From a virus (taxonomy: Duplodnaviria; Caudoviricetes), in the IMG/VR virus record IMGVR_UViG_2871003000_000003, positions 32,001 to 96,000 of that record: a stretch of DNA of 64,000 nt; one strand, given 5' to 3'. Every line of letters begins with the position of its first letter. Position 1 is the stretch's first letter. The translations under genes were made by a program, and so were the position numbers. The notes under the pieces were generated by a model. The model saw only the letters and a list, made by a program, of their open reading frames with translations, ran no database searches and was not told the origin of the DNA. Shown here one piece after another: positions 21,335 to 30,396 of this stretch.

Positions 21335-21676
21335 TTATTCACTTTCGCACCATAATTCTTTTATCCATTTATATATTTCATCAAAAGTTTTTGTATTCTC
21401 ATATACTTCCACCAACCAATCAGCCAACTCTTCGTCAGACAACGCGCGAATCATATCACCATTTGTCATTGAATCCTCAAACATTTCGTCTGTCCAACAG
21501 AAATAACCTTCGTCTTCTTCCATAAGATAATATTCCCCTTCGGTATCTACTTCATTGATTGTTACAATCTGACCTCGCAAAGCATACATCTCATCTACAG
21601 CTTCACCCTCGCCATACTTAATATCTGTCCTTAAATCAGGACGAATTCTAACTCGATCTCTAACTTTATGTTTCAT
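21335..21676 (-). CDS. hypothetical phage protein
   Basis: ORF in operon. Confidence 0.55.
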   Translation of the reverse strand: MKHKVRDRVRIRPDLRTDIKYGEGEAVDEMYALRGQIVTINEVDTEGEYYLMEEDEGYFCWTDEMFEDSMTNGDMIRALSDEELADWLVEVYENTKTFDEIYKWIKELWCESE

Positions 21677-21687
21677 TTACTTCACAC

Positions 21688-22521
21688 CTATTCCTCAAAC
21701 TCTGTTTCATCTGTTACTGTTGAATTGTCGCAAATCGTCACGATTGTATTTTCATTTGGAATAATAGTCACTTCTTCGTCGTCTAATCCCCAAAATGAAA
21801 TCTGGTATCCTTCTCCATGCAGCAATTCACCATCCCACTCAAGAATTTTTGTTGATAATTTAACTTCCCCAGGAAGAAGTGTCATTAACTTTGCTCTCTT
21901 GCCTGTATAATCAATATTCTCTACCAATGACCTAATTTCCGGATAAATTTCACACACTCTTGTATACATATCAGGCATAAATCTTTTAAGTTGATCACAA
22001 AACTTTGGAACATATTCTTTCTGATAAGAAGATATTTCTCCGCCCATGAGTGCATATGGTCTATATTTAATAAGTTCCACAATAAATTCAGGTGTAAAAT
22101 CTTCTTTCTTAATCATGTCATTATCTACAAAGAAATCACTATTTCGAATCGGATTATTATATCCATTAAGATGTGGCAATCCAAGATAAACATAATCTCC
22201 AATTTCGCATACAAAATTTAATGGTTTTAACGCATATTCAACATCTCCGTATTTTCCCTTATATTCCATTATTAAATATCCACATTTCCGCGCTGCTTTT
22301 GTAAAACCTTCTTTCTTTTCAATTGTGCCGTAAGGACACTTATGCCACCATAATCCGTTCAGCATCACACAACATTTGCGCTTATAAGCATCGCAATTTT
22401 CGCAATTATTACACTTATAAACAGAAATACGTTCTCTGTCACTTTTCCCAGATTTAAAAATGCTGGTTCTCGGATCATAATATGTAAAATTAATTGGTTT
22501 GTACTCTCCGATAATAATCAC
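21688..22521 (-). CDS. hypothetical Cys-rich phage protein
   Basis: 277-aa ORF in operon. Confidence 0.6.
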   Translation of the reverse strand: MIIIGEYKPINFTYYDPRTSIFKSGKSDRERISVYKCNNCENCDAYKRKCCVMLNGLWWHKCPYGTIEKKEGFTKAARKCGYLIMEYKGKYGDVEYALKPLNFVCEIGDYVYLGLPHLNGYNNPIRNSDFFVDNDMIKKEDFTPEFIVELIKYRPYALMGGEISSYQKEYVPKFCDQLKRFMPDMYTRVCEIYPEIRSLVENIDYTGKRAKLMTLLPGEVKLSTKILEWDGELLHGEGYQISFWGLDDEEVTIIPNENTIVTICDNSTVTDETEFEE

Positions 22522-22682
22522 TCCAATTTCTATTTAATTTTGTAAATTTGGAATCCATGCTTGACTAAACATGTAAAGATATGTAATATATTAGTTGCGT
22601 TGGATTCCTAATTGTCCAATGTATTGTGTTTTCAGACACCCATCAAAGTTTGGTCGCGGAGATGTGTGTCTATTTTATTCAC

Positions 22683-22991
22683 TTATCTTTTATGCTTCAT
22701 TATGTATTTTCGTCTGGTTGTCTCTCTCAATACATACCCACCATGCAATCTTCTGTAATTATTTGTGGTTCCATATAATGCCTGAAAAAGTTCCTTCTTA
22801 TTTAAATATGTAAGTTCACATGTAAAATGTGCTGTTTTAGAAATATCCAGCTTACTAGTAGGTTCCTGCTTATTAATCTCCTTGCTTTCGCTCAATACTG
22901 GTGCTTCTGCATTTTTTATATTTATCTTCTTACCAGTTTTAAGGTCTACAAAGCTTACATTTTGAATTCCACGTATTTCAAAACCACTCAT
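22683..22991 (-). CDS. hypothetical protein
   Basis: ORF with RBS. Confidence 0.5.
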   Translation of the reverse strand: MSGFEIRGIQNVSFVDLKTGKKINIKNAEAPVLSESKEINKQEPTSKLDISKTAHFTCELTYLNKKELFQALYGTTNNYRRLHGGYVLRETTRRKYIMKHKR

Positions 22992-22996
22992 TAATT

Positions 22997-23338
22997 TTAC
23001 TCCTCGTAGATAATATCTAATCCGTAAGCAACTGCTGCATCATGCTCAATACGACAACCTCTGGCGTTTTCCCAGCCCTTGCAAAAATATACCGTATGAC
23101 ACAAACTCATATTCTCTAAAGATTTTGCGAGAAAACACAGCGGAATTTGTACGACTTCTCTCTCCTCCATTTTATCTTTCGAATACCATTCGTCTGTAAA
23201 CAAAGTATTCACAACTTCATATCCTCTATCTCTTAGATATTCAATTGCCTTTTCTCTTGTATTTACAATTTCTTCATCTGTTTTCCCCGCCATTGGCTGA
23301 CTTAACATTGCTCTCATAAATTTATTCTCCTTCATCAT
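22997..23338 (-). CDS. DUF4406 / nucleoside deoxyribosyltransferase-like protein
   Basis: LSQPM..., GWENARGCRIEH. Confidence 0.65.
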   Translation of the reverse strand: MMKENKFMRAMLSQPMAGKTDEEIVNTREKAIEYLRDRGYEVVNTLFTDEWYSKDKMEEREVVQIPLCFLAKSLENMSLCHTVYFCKGWENARGCRIEHDAAVAYGLDIIYEE

Positions 23339-23921
23339 TTAAAATTTCTTTCAATGTTACTGGTGTATAACTCCACAACATACACCCTACATTTTTTGCT
23401 ACACACTTAATTTCATATTCACTGTTTAGTTTTTTGATATACTCTTGATAATAATCTTCTTCCATAGAATTATGTACGTGTCCATATAAGTGAACAGACC
23501 ACACTCTATGCTCTTTCCCATCTCTTCTGTAATGGTGCTGATGATTCCAAAAAGCTAAAGGAAAGTGCGACATTACAATATGATGTTCTCTCCCGTCAAT
23601 ATTATCTTTTGATTCTTTATAATTCGTAACTTCTACAAATAACTGTCGGTATCTTTGATCTGTTACTTTATCGTGATTGCCTAATATTAGATGTTTATTA
23701 CCTCGTAATGTACTCACTAATTCAATCGCATCTTCATTTTCTTTCCATGCCAAATCTCCTAAAATATACACATGATCCGCATTTGTAACTTTTGAATTCC
23801 AATTTTTCTTAATAACATCATGCATTTCTTTCATTGTATTAAATGGTCTATTATCAAAATTTGATCCTTCATTCGTCACATTCTTATGAAATAAATGTAA
23901 GTCGCTAATATAATAATTCAA
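23322..23921 (-). CDS. calcineurin-like metallophosphoesterase
   Basis: SDLH, LGD, GNHD, SHFP, GHVH. Confidence 0.9.
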   Translation of the reverse strand: MNYYISDLHLFHKNVTNEGSNFDNRPFNTMKEMHDVIKKNWNSKVTNADHVYILGDLAWKENEDAIELVSTLRGNKHLILGNHDKVTDQRYRQLFVEVTNYKESKDNIDGREHHIVMSHFPLAFWNHQHHYRRDGKEHRVWSVHLYGHVHNSMEEDYYQEYIKKLNSEYEIKCVAKNVGCMLWSYTPVTLKEILNDEGE

Positions 23922-23931
23922 TTCTTTACCT

Positions 23932-24342
23932 CTATTCTTCCGGAAATATCAATGTTCTTCCGACAAATCGTTTCAGTTGCTCATTAATGTCTTTAGAAAA
24001 GCAGTTATTCTTCGACATAGTATCAGCGTCAATGCAACACTCTACAATTACATTTCTATCATCAAATTTAATACATCCAATTGTTGATCCTGGCATACGA
24101 ATTACAATTGTGTTGCCCCAAATGCTTCTTGAGTCATATATGTAACATAAAGAATATGGATGAACATCTCCAAAATTATATCTAACATTGTTGTTAAGAT
24201 ATTCTGTAATTTCGCATACACATTCTTCAGCAATTATGTTTGGTTTTCTTTTAGTTAAAATAATTTCATCACCGATGTTACCACCTCCAAAAATTGAAAT
24301 CACGGTTTCATATTTTAAACTTACGAATATCATGAATACCAT
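23932..24342 (-). CDS. hypothetical protein
   Basis: ORF track; true start likely downstream of the 24294 palindrome. Confidence 0.45.
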   Translation of the reverse strand: MVFMIFVSLKYETVISIFGGGNIGDEIILTKRKPNIIAEECVCEITEYLNNNVRYNFGDVHPYSLCYIYDSRSIWGNTIVIRMPGSTIGCIKFDDRNVIVECCIDADTMSKNNCFSKDINEQLKRFVGRTLIFPEE

Positions 24343-24845
24343 TTAGGAACTTCTCTGTATGCTTTTACAACATCTGCATATCCTAAATCAGATAATAATT
24401 TTAATAGTGTATTATCCGCGTGTTCCTGATATTTTATTGATCTACATTCTTTTAATATCTCCACATATTTGTCAGATAACTCCTGTACAAAAGTAGACTT
24501 TTTGTTTTTACTAAAATACCCTGTTTCATAATCAAAAATCCATTCCCCGATTTCGGTAATGTCATTGTATGAATAAAATCCTAAACAGTCTGCGGCATAT
24601 TGTAAATCAGATAACTCTTCTTCTGAATGAAGAATAATTTTTTCACAATTATTATATGTATCTTCATCCAAGAGATCTGTCATTTTTTCTCCGTCTTTAT
24701 TGTACGCTTCAATTGTTTGAAGATGTGGATATTTTAACTCAAATTCATGATGTTCGCATTCATACTCATCTTCAAACTGTTTTCCATCGTCTGCAATATA
24801 TACTGTTCTCATATTCCCTATTCTCCTTCTACCAATTCCAAGCAT
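24330..24845 (-). CDS. hypothetical phage protein
   Basis: YIADDGKQF..EC motif. Confidence 0.55.
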   Translation of the reverse strand: MLGIGRRRIGNMRTVYIADDGKQFEDEYECEHHEFELKYPHLQTIEAYNKDGEKMTDLLDEDTYNNCEKIILHSEEELSDLQYAADCLGFYSYNDITEIGEWIFDYETGYFSKNKKSTFVQELSDKYVEILKECRSIKYQEHADNTLLKLLSDLGYADVVKAYREVPKWYS

Positions 24846-25099
24846 TCTTTCAGAAAGTTTCTTACTCTATCACGCCCACTTTCGCAATATATACCTGTAT
24901 AACATACCGGCTTATTCCAGAACGCCATCCATGCTCTTTTAAATCTTCCAATAATTCCTTTAAAATCTCCACCGCTATATGAATCCTCAAAAGAGATTTC
25001 AAAATCAGTTGAATTTTCCGTTGTATATTTAGAAAACACAACTGCTTCTGCATTATCATCACATCTGATGGTGGCTGTTTTTACATTGTTTTTCTTCAT
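24818..25099 (-). CDS. hypothetical protein
   Basis: ORF in operon. Confidence 0.5.
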   Translation of the reverse strand: MKKNNVKTATIRCDDNAEAVVFSKYTTENSTDFEISFEDSYSGGDFKGIIGRFKRAWMAFWNKPVCYTGIYCESGRDRVRNFLKECLELVEGE

Positions 25100-25325
25100 A
25101 TATTAGCTCTCTCTTTCTCCGTTTGAATTTCTGCTTCCATTATTTAACTAAGTTATCAATATTTACAGAAAATCCATCAAACTTTCCTGTCGATAAATAT
25201 TTCTTTGTATCAAAAAACATTATTTTCTTTTCTGATAGCCCCATAGAAACACCATTATCTATCAATGATTTTCTCAATAAATCAAGAACAATTTGCAACT
25301 GCTGTTTTGTATCTTCTGACATTAT

Positions 25326-25856
25326 TTATCCCTCCTTGTATGGTTTTGGAAGTGGCTGCCATGCTACAACACTGTAATAATTTCTTTCTTCATCAAACCA
25401 ACTCCCATTTTTGTAATATAATGTCGTTGGTCTTGTTGCGTCTTCAATCATTACGACAAATTCCGCTGCATATTTATTTCTGCAATATGCTTCTTTAAAC
25501 TCTTCCTCATTCGGCAATCTCTCTTCTACCGGAATCCAACCACAACGTTTGCTATTCAGGTCATTTATGATTGTCCGCAAAAAATCTATATCCCGGTTGA
25601 ATGAAGCTATGTCCTCATCCTGCACATTTCTTGGTTTATCGTTCCACAACTCTCTTCCCGCTCTTTGTCCATAAAAGAAAGATAACTTTTCAAGGATATC
25701 GTTCGCCTGTTTCGCGATATCCGGGATATCTTCCATGCAACCATGGATAATATTCTGGCACTTGTTCACTGCCCTGTTCCATTCTAAATCTTCATTACTT
25801 TCCACACCCCTGTAAATATTGCTTGTCTCTTCCAAAATCTTCTCTAGTACGTTCAT
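25326..25856 (-). CDS. DUF551-domain phage protein
   Basis: GWIPVEERLP ... VVAWQPLPKPY. Confidence 0.7.
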   Translation of the reverse strand: MNVLEKILEETSNIYRGVESNEDLEWNRAVNKCQNIIHGCMEDIPDIAKQANDILEKLSFFYGQRAGRELWNDKPRNVQDEDIASFNRDIDFLRTIINDLNSKRCGWIPVEERLPNEEEFKEAYCRNKYAAEFVVMIEDATRPTTLYYKNGSWFDEERNYYSVVAWQPLPKPYKEG

Positions 25857-26235
25857 TCCGTATCCTCCTTATCCACATACTTCTCTACGACATCTACTGC
25901 GCAAGTCAACCCGTAAATATAGCTTTCCAGTTCTTCTGCTGTTTTGCTTGCTCCGTGTCTCCGCTTTTCTTCCTTCAAGGTTTCGTAGGCGTCATTTTTC
26001 ATGGATTCGATTTCTTCCACGATTTTCTCTAATACGTTCATACTTTATTTCTCGATTTCCAGCGCTTCTTTCAGCACTCTTTCCACTTCTTCCGTTTCTT
26101 TTCCCCATGATTCCGCACATCTTTTTACACCTTCCGCGTAAGCTGTAAGACTCATTACTAAGTGTTCTTCCGCACTTGCATTTGTCCAAGTTCTGCATTC
26201 TCCATTTTTGCGCAATATAGTTATCATTATTTTCA

Positions 26236-26609
26236 TCACTCTACCTCCAACAACTCTGGATTGTCAAAAATATTTCCCGCCACTTCCGTCTGGTAACTCC
26301 AATAGATATCAAAATTAACAGTTAATCCATCCCCATTCATAACAAATCTTGCGGCGTCTTCTTCCCATTTACATGTAAAATAACCTTCTTCATCCGGAAG
26401 TTCTACAATATCATTCTCCCAGATCTTCTTACCGTACTTGTCGGTAAGTCCTGTGTACTGGCATATGGTGTCTGAATCGCATCTATAACACTTTTCTCCA
26501 CGCACATCTACAATCCAGATTACATCATCATATTTCGTACGCTCTAAACCCCTTCCACCCATCCTCCGTTATCTATTCTCTTTGCTTTAAAAAGTATTTC
26601 TCTGTTCAT
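26236..26609 (-). pseudogene. YopX-family protein with a frameshift in a G-run
   Basis: MNREILFKAKRIDNGGWVEG (start 26609) hits TAG; other frame continues QYTGLTDKYGKKIWENDIV..GNIFDNPELLE. Confidence 0.75.
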
Positions 26610-27064
26610 AATTACTCTTTCTCCCATGACCAATTAACCTGTTCCATAACCATATCTCTCATAGTTTCTTCGATTTCCTCATCAGTTACATCATCACCAA
26701 ACTCTTCTTCAAATTCCATATTTGTTCCAGCAAAACCATAATTTGCTTTCGCTTTTACTTTTATCATCACTCTGCCTCCAACAATCCTGCTTTTATAAAT
26801 ACACCTTCCAATAACTCGCTCATTTTATTAGTATCAATGGTAATCAGCTCACATGGAAACTCTTCCTGATTTCCACAGCACGCATACAATTTTGCAATTA
26901 AAATATCATATTTTTTCATCACTCCACCTCCTCATATTCCGGACACTCCACACAATACTCATACATGTCCTCATCTGCACACTGTATATTACAAATATCG
27001 TTGTCCGGACATTCTATGCAGCAATAATCGTGTCCGCATATACTTGTTAATTTACATCTTCCCA

Positions 27065-27352
27065 TCATGATTCTTCCTCACTCCAATCCAATCTCTGACC
27101 GCAATGATTGCAGCAATCAAAATCCCAATAACGAAGCATTTTTATATCTGCCATATTTCCAAACAGCTTTTTGCATCCAGGACACGATGCTTGTCCATTC
27201 CAGTTTTCTACTTTCTTCGGCAACTGCTTTTCCAGTGCTTCGATTGCGATATCTAATGATTCTCGCAACATATAATATCCGCTTGTAGGATAATTCGCTT
27301 TTATTACTTCTATCGCTTCTCTAACTTTCTTCTCGTTCATATTTATAATCAC
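27065..27352 (-). CDS. phage Zn-finger protein
   Basis: ALEKQLPKK..CPGC..CNHCGQRLDW. Confidence 0.65.
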   Translation of the reverse strand: MIINMNEKKVREAIEVIKANYPTSGYYMLRESLDIAIEALEKQLPKKVENWNGQASCPGCKKLFGNMADIKMLRYWDFDCCNHCGQRLDWSEEES

Positions 27353-27544
27353 TCCAACAATTCTTCTCTAAATCTATTACTAACAATCCCAACCATTTTA
27401 TCTAATGAACTTTCATTTATATCACGAAATATCATATATGCATGTTTATTTGTATGATAATTGTTCAATCTTACTTCAAATTCGTCATTAAATGGATAAT
27501 ATCGTATTGAGACTATCACTGACGAATTATTTTTTTAAAATTGT

Positions 27545-27955
27545 TTAACTGTTCCGTCCATCTTCCATCACCAAAATTCCTTCATCAATCAAATAGTTTA
27601 CTGTTCCCAACAACCCTTCCTGTGTTTTTAAATCTAATTCATTTTCAATATCTTTCTCTTGATAAAATTTATCAAACTTATATGTACACATTCCACCAAA
27701 GCAATCACATCTTGTATGAACTCTTTTATTGTAATATGGCTTATCATAAATACCTATCCAAATATCGTTATTTGCTCCATACTTTACATCCCGATCTGTT
27801 CCAATAAACTTGCTAATACACCATGCATTGATAACATTATTTCTCCAAAACAGCGGTTCCTTAATCTTTGATTCATCTCCTACACTGAGCTTGTTAATCT
27901 TTTTCATGGTAAGATTGTATTTATTCTCAACTTTAGGTTTCCTCATTCTTTTCAC
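27545..27955 (-). CDS. hypothetical protein
   Basis: ORF in operon. Confidence 0.55.
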   Translation of the reverse strand: MKRMRKPKVENKYNLTMKKINKLSVGDESKIKEPLFWRNNVINAWCISKFIGTDRDVKYGANNDIWIGIYDKPYYNKRVHTRCDCFGGMCTYKFDKFYQEKDIENELDLKTQEGLLGTVNYLIDEGILVMEDGRNS

Positions 27956-28098
27956 TCTCTTTATTTTTAGTATTTTCAGTATCCATAAAACAATTTACAC
28001 ATGCATCGATCCATTCTCCACCTTCATCCACGTAATAATCATCACCATATATTCTACACTCGTCACAATAGTCATATAAATCATCTAAATAATCGTAA

Positions 28099-28674
28099 TT
28101 ACACATTTCTCTTTCCCGGCTTTCCACTTAATAAATTTCCATCTTCATCTCTGTCATATTTCCACATCAAATAATCGCACCAATTGTCTTTATCGAAATC
28201 ACTCATGTTGTAAAACGGATCAGAATCATCTATAACATATTGCTTGTCAAATCCTTTAATTTTCACATTCACATCATCTACAATAACTCTTTTTGATAAT
28301 CTACAAATCCATTTCATAAATTCCTGAAATGTATCTTCAAATTCTCTATCACGTAATGCACCATCAACAACAAGAATATATTCGTCTTGTGTATGTAACC
28401 AACCACGTTTATAACTTCTTCTTCCTCTTGAATCTCTTAAGTTATTTGTTCCCTCAAAAAATTCATCGCTACTGCTTGAGCTGTTATATCCTCTTTTTTG
28501 AATCACATATACTTCCATATCTCTTTCTGATCCAGTTACAACCGGAAGATGATCAAGAACAGTTTCAAGAATATACCTTTTCTCGTGTTGTGTTCTGCCT
28601 AATGGTGATACAACAATTGTTCCATGTACATATGTCCAGCTACTCATTTTTACACCTCTTTTAATATTAATCAC
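28099..28674 (-). CDS. hypothetical phage protein
   Basis: ORF in operon. Confidence 0.6.
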   Translation of the reverse strand: MINIKRGVKMSSWTYVHGTIVVSPLGRTQHEKRYILETVLDHLPVVTGSERDMEVYVIQKRGYNSSSSSDEFFEGTNNLRDSRGRRSYKRGWLHTQDEYILVVDGALRDREFEDTFQEFMKWICRLSKRVIVDDVNVKIKGFDKQYVIDDSDPFYNMSDFDKDNWCDYLMWKYDRDEDGNLLSGKPGKRNV

Positions 28675-28892
28675 ATCGGTATTTACGATCTTATATCACA
28701 TGCTGTTCACAAATATTTTCAAATAGCGACAAATGAAATAGTTTGTTGAATCAACGTTTACAGTTTCTAAATATTTGATTTACTGCAGGTGATATTTGAT
28801 TATAAACACCGATGAAAATCATATGCAGAACTTTATGTATCTTATTTTATTGAGGGTATGAAACATGTATAGAAATTTATTCCGCATATGAA

Positions 28893-28963
28893 TTGTGAAT
28901 AAAGGATTCGAACCTTTTCTAATGCTATATACCGCATCGTGCTACCATTTACACTAATCCACA
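28893..28963 (-). tRNA. tRNA-like element / pseudo-tRNA with non-canonical anticodon arm
   Basis: Acceptor TGTGGAT/ATTCACA, D arm GTGT-AAATGGTA-GCAC, T arm AAAGG-TTCGAAT-CCTTT; anticodon arm ATGC-GGTATATA-GCAT has an 8-nt loop. Confidence 0.6.
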
Positions 28964-28971
28964 ACTATCTT

Positions 28972-29154
28972 TTAATTAAAACTTCTATAGAAATCTCCTG
29001 TCTTATCAATACTTCTGCAAACCATGGAGTCAATTTCTCGTTTCATTTCTTCACCACATTCCGGACACATATGTCCTTCGCCTGTATACTCTTTCATCGA
29101 CATTGTAATAGTTTCTTTGTGCCCACATTTCGGACAATAGAATGGATATTTCAT
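28972..29154 (-). CDS. FmdB-like zinc-ribbon protein
   Basis: YPFYCPKCGH..CPECG. Confidence 0.65.
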   Translation of the reverse strand: MKYPFYCPKCGHKETITMSMKEYTGEGHMCPECGEEMKREIDSMVCRSIDKTGDFYRSFN

Positions 29155-29173
29155 ATTATTTATTTCTCTCCTT

Positions 29174-29548
29174 TTAGCCTTCTAACATTCTCAATTCCAT
29201 AACAAGAGCTGTAAGTTCTATCTCATTCTTTTTGATTAACGACTTAAGTTCATTGATTTTATCAATACGTTTTTTCTCTTCTTTTTTTCTCTTCATATAT
29301 GCATTCATATTAACAACGCCGACTACCTGAGCTGTAGGATTTTCGCCATATACACTCACAGGTAAAATTACTTTTACCTTTCCTAATACTCTCCTATCTT
29401 TGTTTCTTGCATTTACAACCACAAGTGTATTATTCAAATTTGCTGTTCTAAGTAATTCATATTCTTCCTTATATAATGCAAATCCATAATCTTTTTTGTT
29501 ATGGTCTTCTAGTAAGTTCACAATTGCTACTAAATCATATCCTGTCAT
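29174..29548 (-). CDS. hypothetical protein
   Basis: ORF with AGGAG RBS. Confidence 0.55.
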   Translation of the reverse strand: MTGYDLVAIVNLLEDHNKKDYGFALYKEEYELLRTANLNNTLVVVNARNKDRRVLGKVKVILPVSVYGENPTAQVVGVVNMNAYMKRKKEEKKRIDKINELKSLIKKNEIELTALVMELRMLEG

Positions 29549-29593
29549 AGTTTTATTCTCCTTTTTAATCTAATAATTCTTTATCGATAATCT

Positions 29594-29889
29594 GTTTCCA
29601 TCCTTATATTTGTATAAATTACATCTTTTTCTATTTTTTATAATGCAGCTTTCGATCGCATTTCAATCCTCATACTAATGTAAACTACATCTCCATTCCA
29701 TTCAGAAGTTCACAGGTGATATGCAATTTAAATCCTCATACTTATGTAAACTACATCATACAATGCCCCTGCTATGTTCTCATCTGTTTGCGATTTCAAT
29801 CCTCATACTTATGTAAACTACATCTTATTAAATCAGATGTTATTAAAACATACGGGTATTTCAATCCTCATACTTATGTAAACTACATC
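29594..29889 (-). CRISPR. CRISPR mini-array: 5 x 32-bp repeats (GATGTAGTTTACATAAGTATGAGGATTGAAAT), 4 spacers of 33-35 bp
   Basis: Repeats at 29858-29889, 29793-29824, 29726-29757 (1 mismatch), 29660-29691 (1 mismatch) and degenerate 29594-29625 (7 mismatches); unique spacers 33/35/34/34 bp; the ATTGAAAT 3' end and distal decay give minus orientation. Confidence 0.95.
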
Positions 29890-30096
29890 ATCAAAAATAC
29901 ACAAATATGACATATCTATTTTATGTAACTTACACAATTCTAAGGTTACAAAAGCGTTATCCGTTTTCGTATATGTAAATAAATGATTACTACTCACTGA
30001 TTTCTTTTATCTACTTTAGTGCGAATAAACCGTATAACTTATGTTCACTTCATATTCGCACATGGCGGCGTTGAACCTGCAACCATGTATATGTAT
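29890..30096 (-). promoter_or_regulatory. CRISPR leader with type I-C-like inverted-repeat motif
   Basis: AT-rich; minus-strand GTGCGAATA-TGAAGTGAACATAAGTTATACGGTT-TATTCGCAC at 30019-30061. Confidence 0.65.
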
Positions 30097-30396
30097 TTAA
30101 GCTATTTGCTTCTTATATTCTTTCTCTTTAGCCATATTCAAAATATTAATTGCAGCATTAATGTCTCTATCATGAATCGCTCCACATTCAGGACAAATCC
30201 AGCCTCTTATTTTTGTATCTTTTGTTTTTACGTTCACAAAACCACATTTACTGCATGTTTGTGTTGATTTTTTATATTGTCCAATTGCAACAACAGGTAC
30301 ACCATATTCTTCACCTTTTCTTTTTAATAAAGTAAGAATTTCTCCCATCGCCGCATCAGATAAATTATCATTTCTCACTCTTGTTTTTCTTGACAT
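30097..30396 (-). CDS. tnpB: TnpB/Cas12f-like nuclease, C-terminal part (Zn finger + RuvC-III)
   Basis: LSDAAMG, STQTCSKCG..WICPECG, HDRDINAAINI. Confidence 0.88.
   Translation of the reverse strand: MSRKTRVRNDNLSDAAMGEILTLLKRKGEEYGVPVVAIGQYKKSTQTCSKCGFVNVKTKDTKIRGWICPECGAIHDRDINAAINILNMAKEKEYKKQIA

Noticed and set aside
29626-29857. Self-targeting spacers or spacers derived from TR/VR
   Set aside because: No match seen by eye within the window; needs a proper alignment
29905-29936. Partial repeat-like TTATGTAACTTACAC in the leader as a sixth repeat or tracr anti-repeat
   Set aside because: Wrong spacing, short, same orientation as the repeats; no convincing anti-repeat found
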